A DNA stretch of 64,000 nt from Candidatus Uhrbacteria bacterium RIFOXYB12_FULL_58_10 (lineage in GTDB: Bacteria > Patescibacteriota > Patescibacteriia > UBA9934 > GWF2-40-263): contig CALRBH010000003.1 in assembly GCA_943354165.1 (NCBI GenBank), positions 5,149 through 69,148 of the forward strand. The letters are read 5' to 3'. Positions 62,799-64,000 of the stretch are shown piece by piece; position 1 is the stretch's first letter, and each line of letters opens with the position of its first letter. The notes beneath the pieces were generated by a model. That model ran no database searches and was not told the DNA's origin. It saw only the letters and a list, made by a program, of their open reading frames with translations. The translations under genes and the position numbers were made by a program.

Positions 62799-64000
62799 AT
62801 GCATCGAGGCGACCTTCTCAAAACTTCTATAGCCTCCATTCTCCGCAACAAAGCGCGGTCGGTCTTAACGATCCTCGGCATCGTGATCGGTATTGCGGCG
62901 GTAATCCTCATGCTCTCCATTGGGCAGGGGGCGCAGCAGTACATTTTGAACCAGGTTTCAAACCTCGGTTCCGATGTGATCTTCATCGAACCGGCCTCCG
63001 GAGAAGGGACGAACGGTCCGCCGGATCCCTTTGTTGAACAGACCCTCACCATCAAGGACGCTACTGCCCTCGAAAAAAGCCCGTTTTTAGAGGCCGTATC
63101 CGCCGTCTACATTTCGAGCGCTCCCGCGAGTCACGAGGAGACAAGTAAGTTCGCCCAGATCGCTGGCGTGGACGAGGATTATCTGAAAATTTTTCCTGCA
63201 GACATCGGATTTGGAAGATTTCTGGATGCATCAGACGTTTCTTCCCATGCAAAAGTGGCCGTCCTTGGGATAAAAACCGCGAAGGATCTGTTCGGAGACC
63301 AGGATCCCATCGGGGGACGGATACAAATTAAGAATACGACGCTGCGGGTGATCGGGGTTTTCACGGAACTTGGGACGCAATTCTTCCAGAACTTGGATGA
63401 ACGAATTGTCATTCCGGTGACGACGGCCACCCGCGACATCTTTGGGGCAGACAACGTAAGTTTTATTTCGGCGAGAGCTTCGGGAGACATCGAACTCGCC
63501 AAGGAAGAAACCCAGTTTATCTTGCGTGACCGTCATAACATCAATAATCCCTCTGGCGATGTAGGGAAGGACGACTTCGCCGTCTCGTCGCAGAGCGATG
63601 CGGTCGCCACGGTCGCGGTTGTCGGTAACACGTTAAGTATTCTCCTTGCTTCGATCGCCGCGATCAGTCTCGTCGTCGGCGGGATTGGGATTATGAACAT
63701 CATGCTGGTGTCGGTCACCGAGCGCACGAGGGAAATAGGGTTGCGTAAAGCCGTGGGGGCGACGCGACGGGAGATTCTTTTACAGTTCCTCTACGAGGCC
63801 GTGCTCCTGACTTCCTTTGGCGGAGTCGTGGGTGTGGCTCTTGGAGTCGCGGTCTCCTGGACGTCAGCGACGATCGTGGCGCAGTTCGTCGACAAATGGC
63901 AGTACGTCCTCCCACCCGAGGCAATTTTCCTCGGCGTCCTTGTCGCGACGGTTGTGGGGCTCGTTTTCGGTGTCTATCCCGCCCGTCGTGCCGCAAAACT
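62799..64000 (+). CDS. ABC transporter permease (MacB/FtsX-like), truncated by window end
   Basis: Manual translation gives MHRGDLLKTSIASILRNKARSVLTILGIVIGIAAV..., a periplasmic domain, then the FtsX helix bundle. Runs off the window. Confidence 0.85.
   Translation, partial: MHRGDLLKTSIASILRNKARSVLTILGIVIGIAAVILMLSIGQGAQQYILNQVSNLGSDVIFIEPASGEGTNGPPDPFVEQTLTIKDATALEKSPFLEAVSAVYISSAPASHEETSKFAQIAGVDEDYLKIFPADIGFGRFLDASDVSSHAKVAVLGIKTAKDLFGDQDPIGGRIQIKNTTLRVIGVFTELGTQFFQNLDERIVIPVTTATRDIFGADNVSFISARASGDIELAKEETQFILRDRHNINNPSGDVGKDDFAVSSQSDAVATVAVVGNTLSILLASIAAISLVVGGIGIMNIMLVSVTERTREIGLRKAVGATRREILLQFLYEAVLLTSFGGVVGVALGVAVSWTSATIVAQFVDKWQYVLPPEAIFLGVLVATVVGLVFGVYPARRAAK

Overview
This window reads as a compact, gene-dense bacterial chromosome segment of about 57-60% GC. 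The content (scattered ribosomal and translation genes, many glycosyltransferases, small membrane proteins, few Shine-Dalgarno motifs) is compatible with an uncultivated, possibly CPR/Patescibacteria-like lineage; that placement is inference. Housekeeping genes recognised from protein motifs include xseA/xseB, pyrH-like, rplJ-rplL, mreB, holB, frr, glyQS, tpiA, rpmG, engB, mgtE, tdk, ppa, a DEAD-box helicase, bcp, fur and a MacAB-like ABC efflux set. There are also four tRNAs (Thr-GGT, Tyr-GTA, Thr-TGT, Trp-CCA) and a polysaccharide-biosynthesis cluster (three GT2, DUF4012, GT4, TrmB-like regulator). Four loci stand out. (1) A complete diversity-generating retroelement (DGR) at 12.8-16.6 kb. 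It has a 654-aa target gene whose C-terminal 130-bp variable repeat (VR) differs from a downstream 130-bp template repeat (TR) at 19 positions, every one a TR adenine. Next come an Avd-like four-helix-bundle gene on the opposite strand and a 333-aa reverse transcriptase with the DGR-type L-G-N-x-x-S-Q and Y-A-D-D motifs; a RhuM-family gene lies immediately upstream. (2) A previously unrecognised family of about 80-bp AT-rich palindromic elements built from AGTAGWW heptamers, present in seven copies. Each sits in a plus-strand intergenic gap, starting at or just after a stop codon and ending 7-30 nt before the next start codon. Each carries TAG/TAA stops in all frames on both strands. (3) A small accessory locus (25.1-27.8 kb) with three compact promoter-to-terminator units for candidate sRNAs around a two-gene hypothetical operon. 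(4) A ~25-nt structured motif recurring at both tRNA flanks and inside one candidate sRNA. Other points of note are a frameshift-disrupted SH3b-CAP multidomain gene, a GIY-YIG gene beside tRNA-Trp, AT-rich NYN and PPase-like genes, and several heptamer-based bidirectional terminator hairpins.
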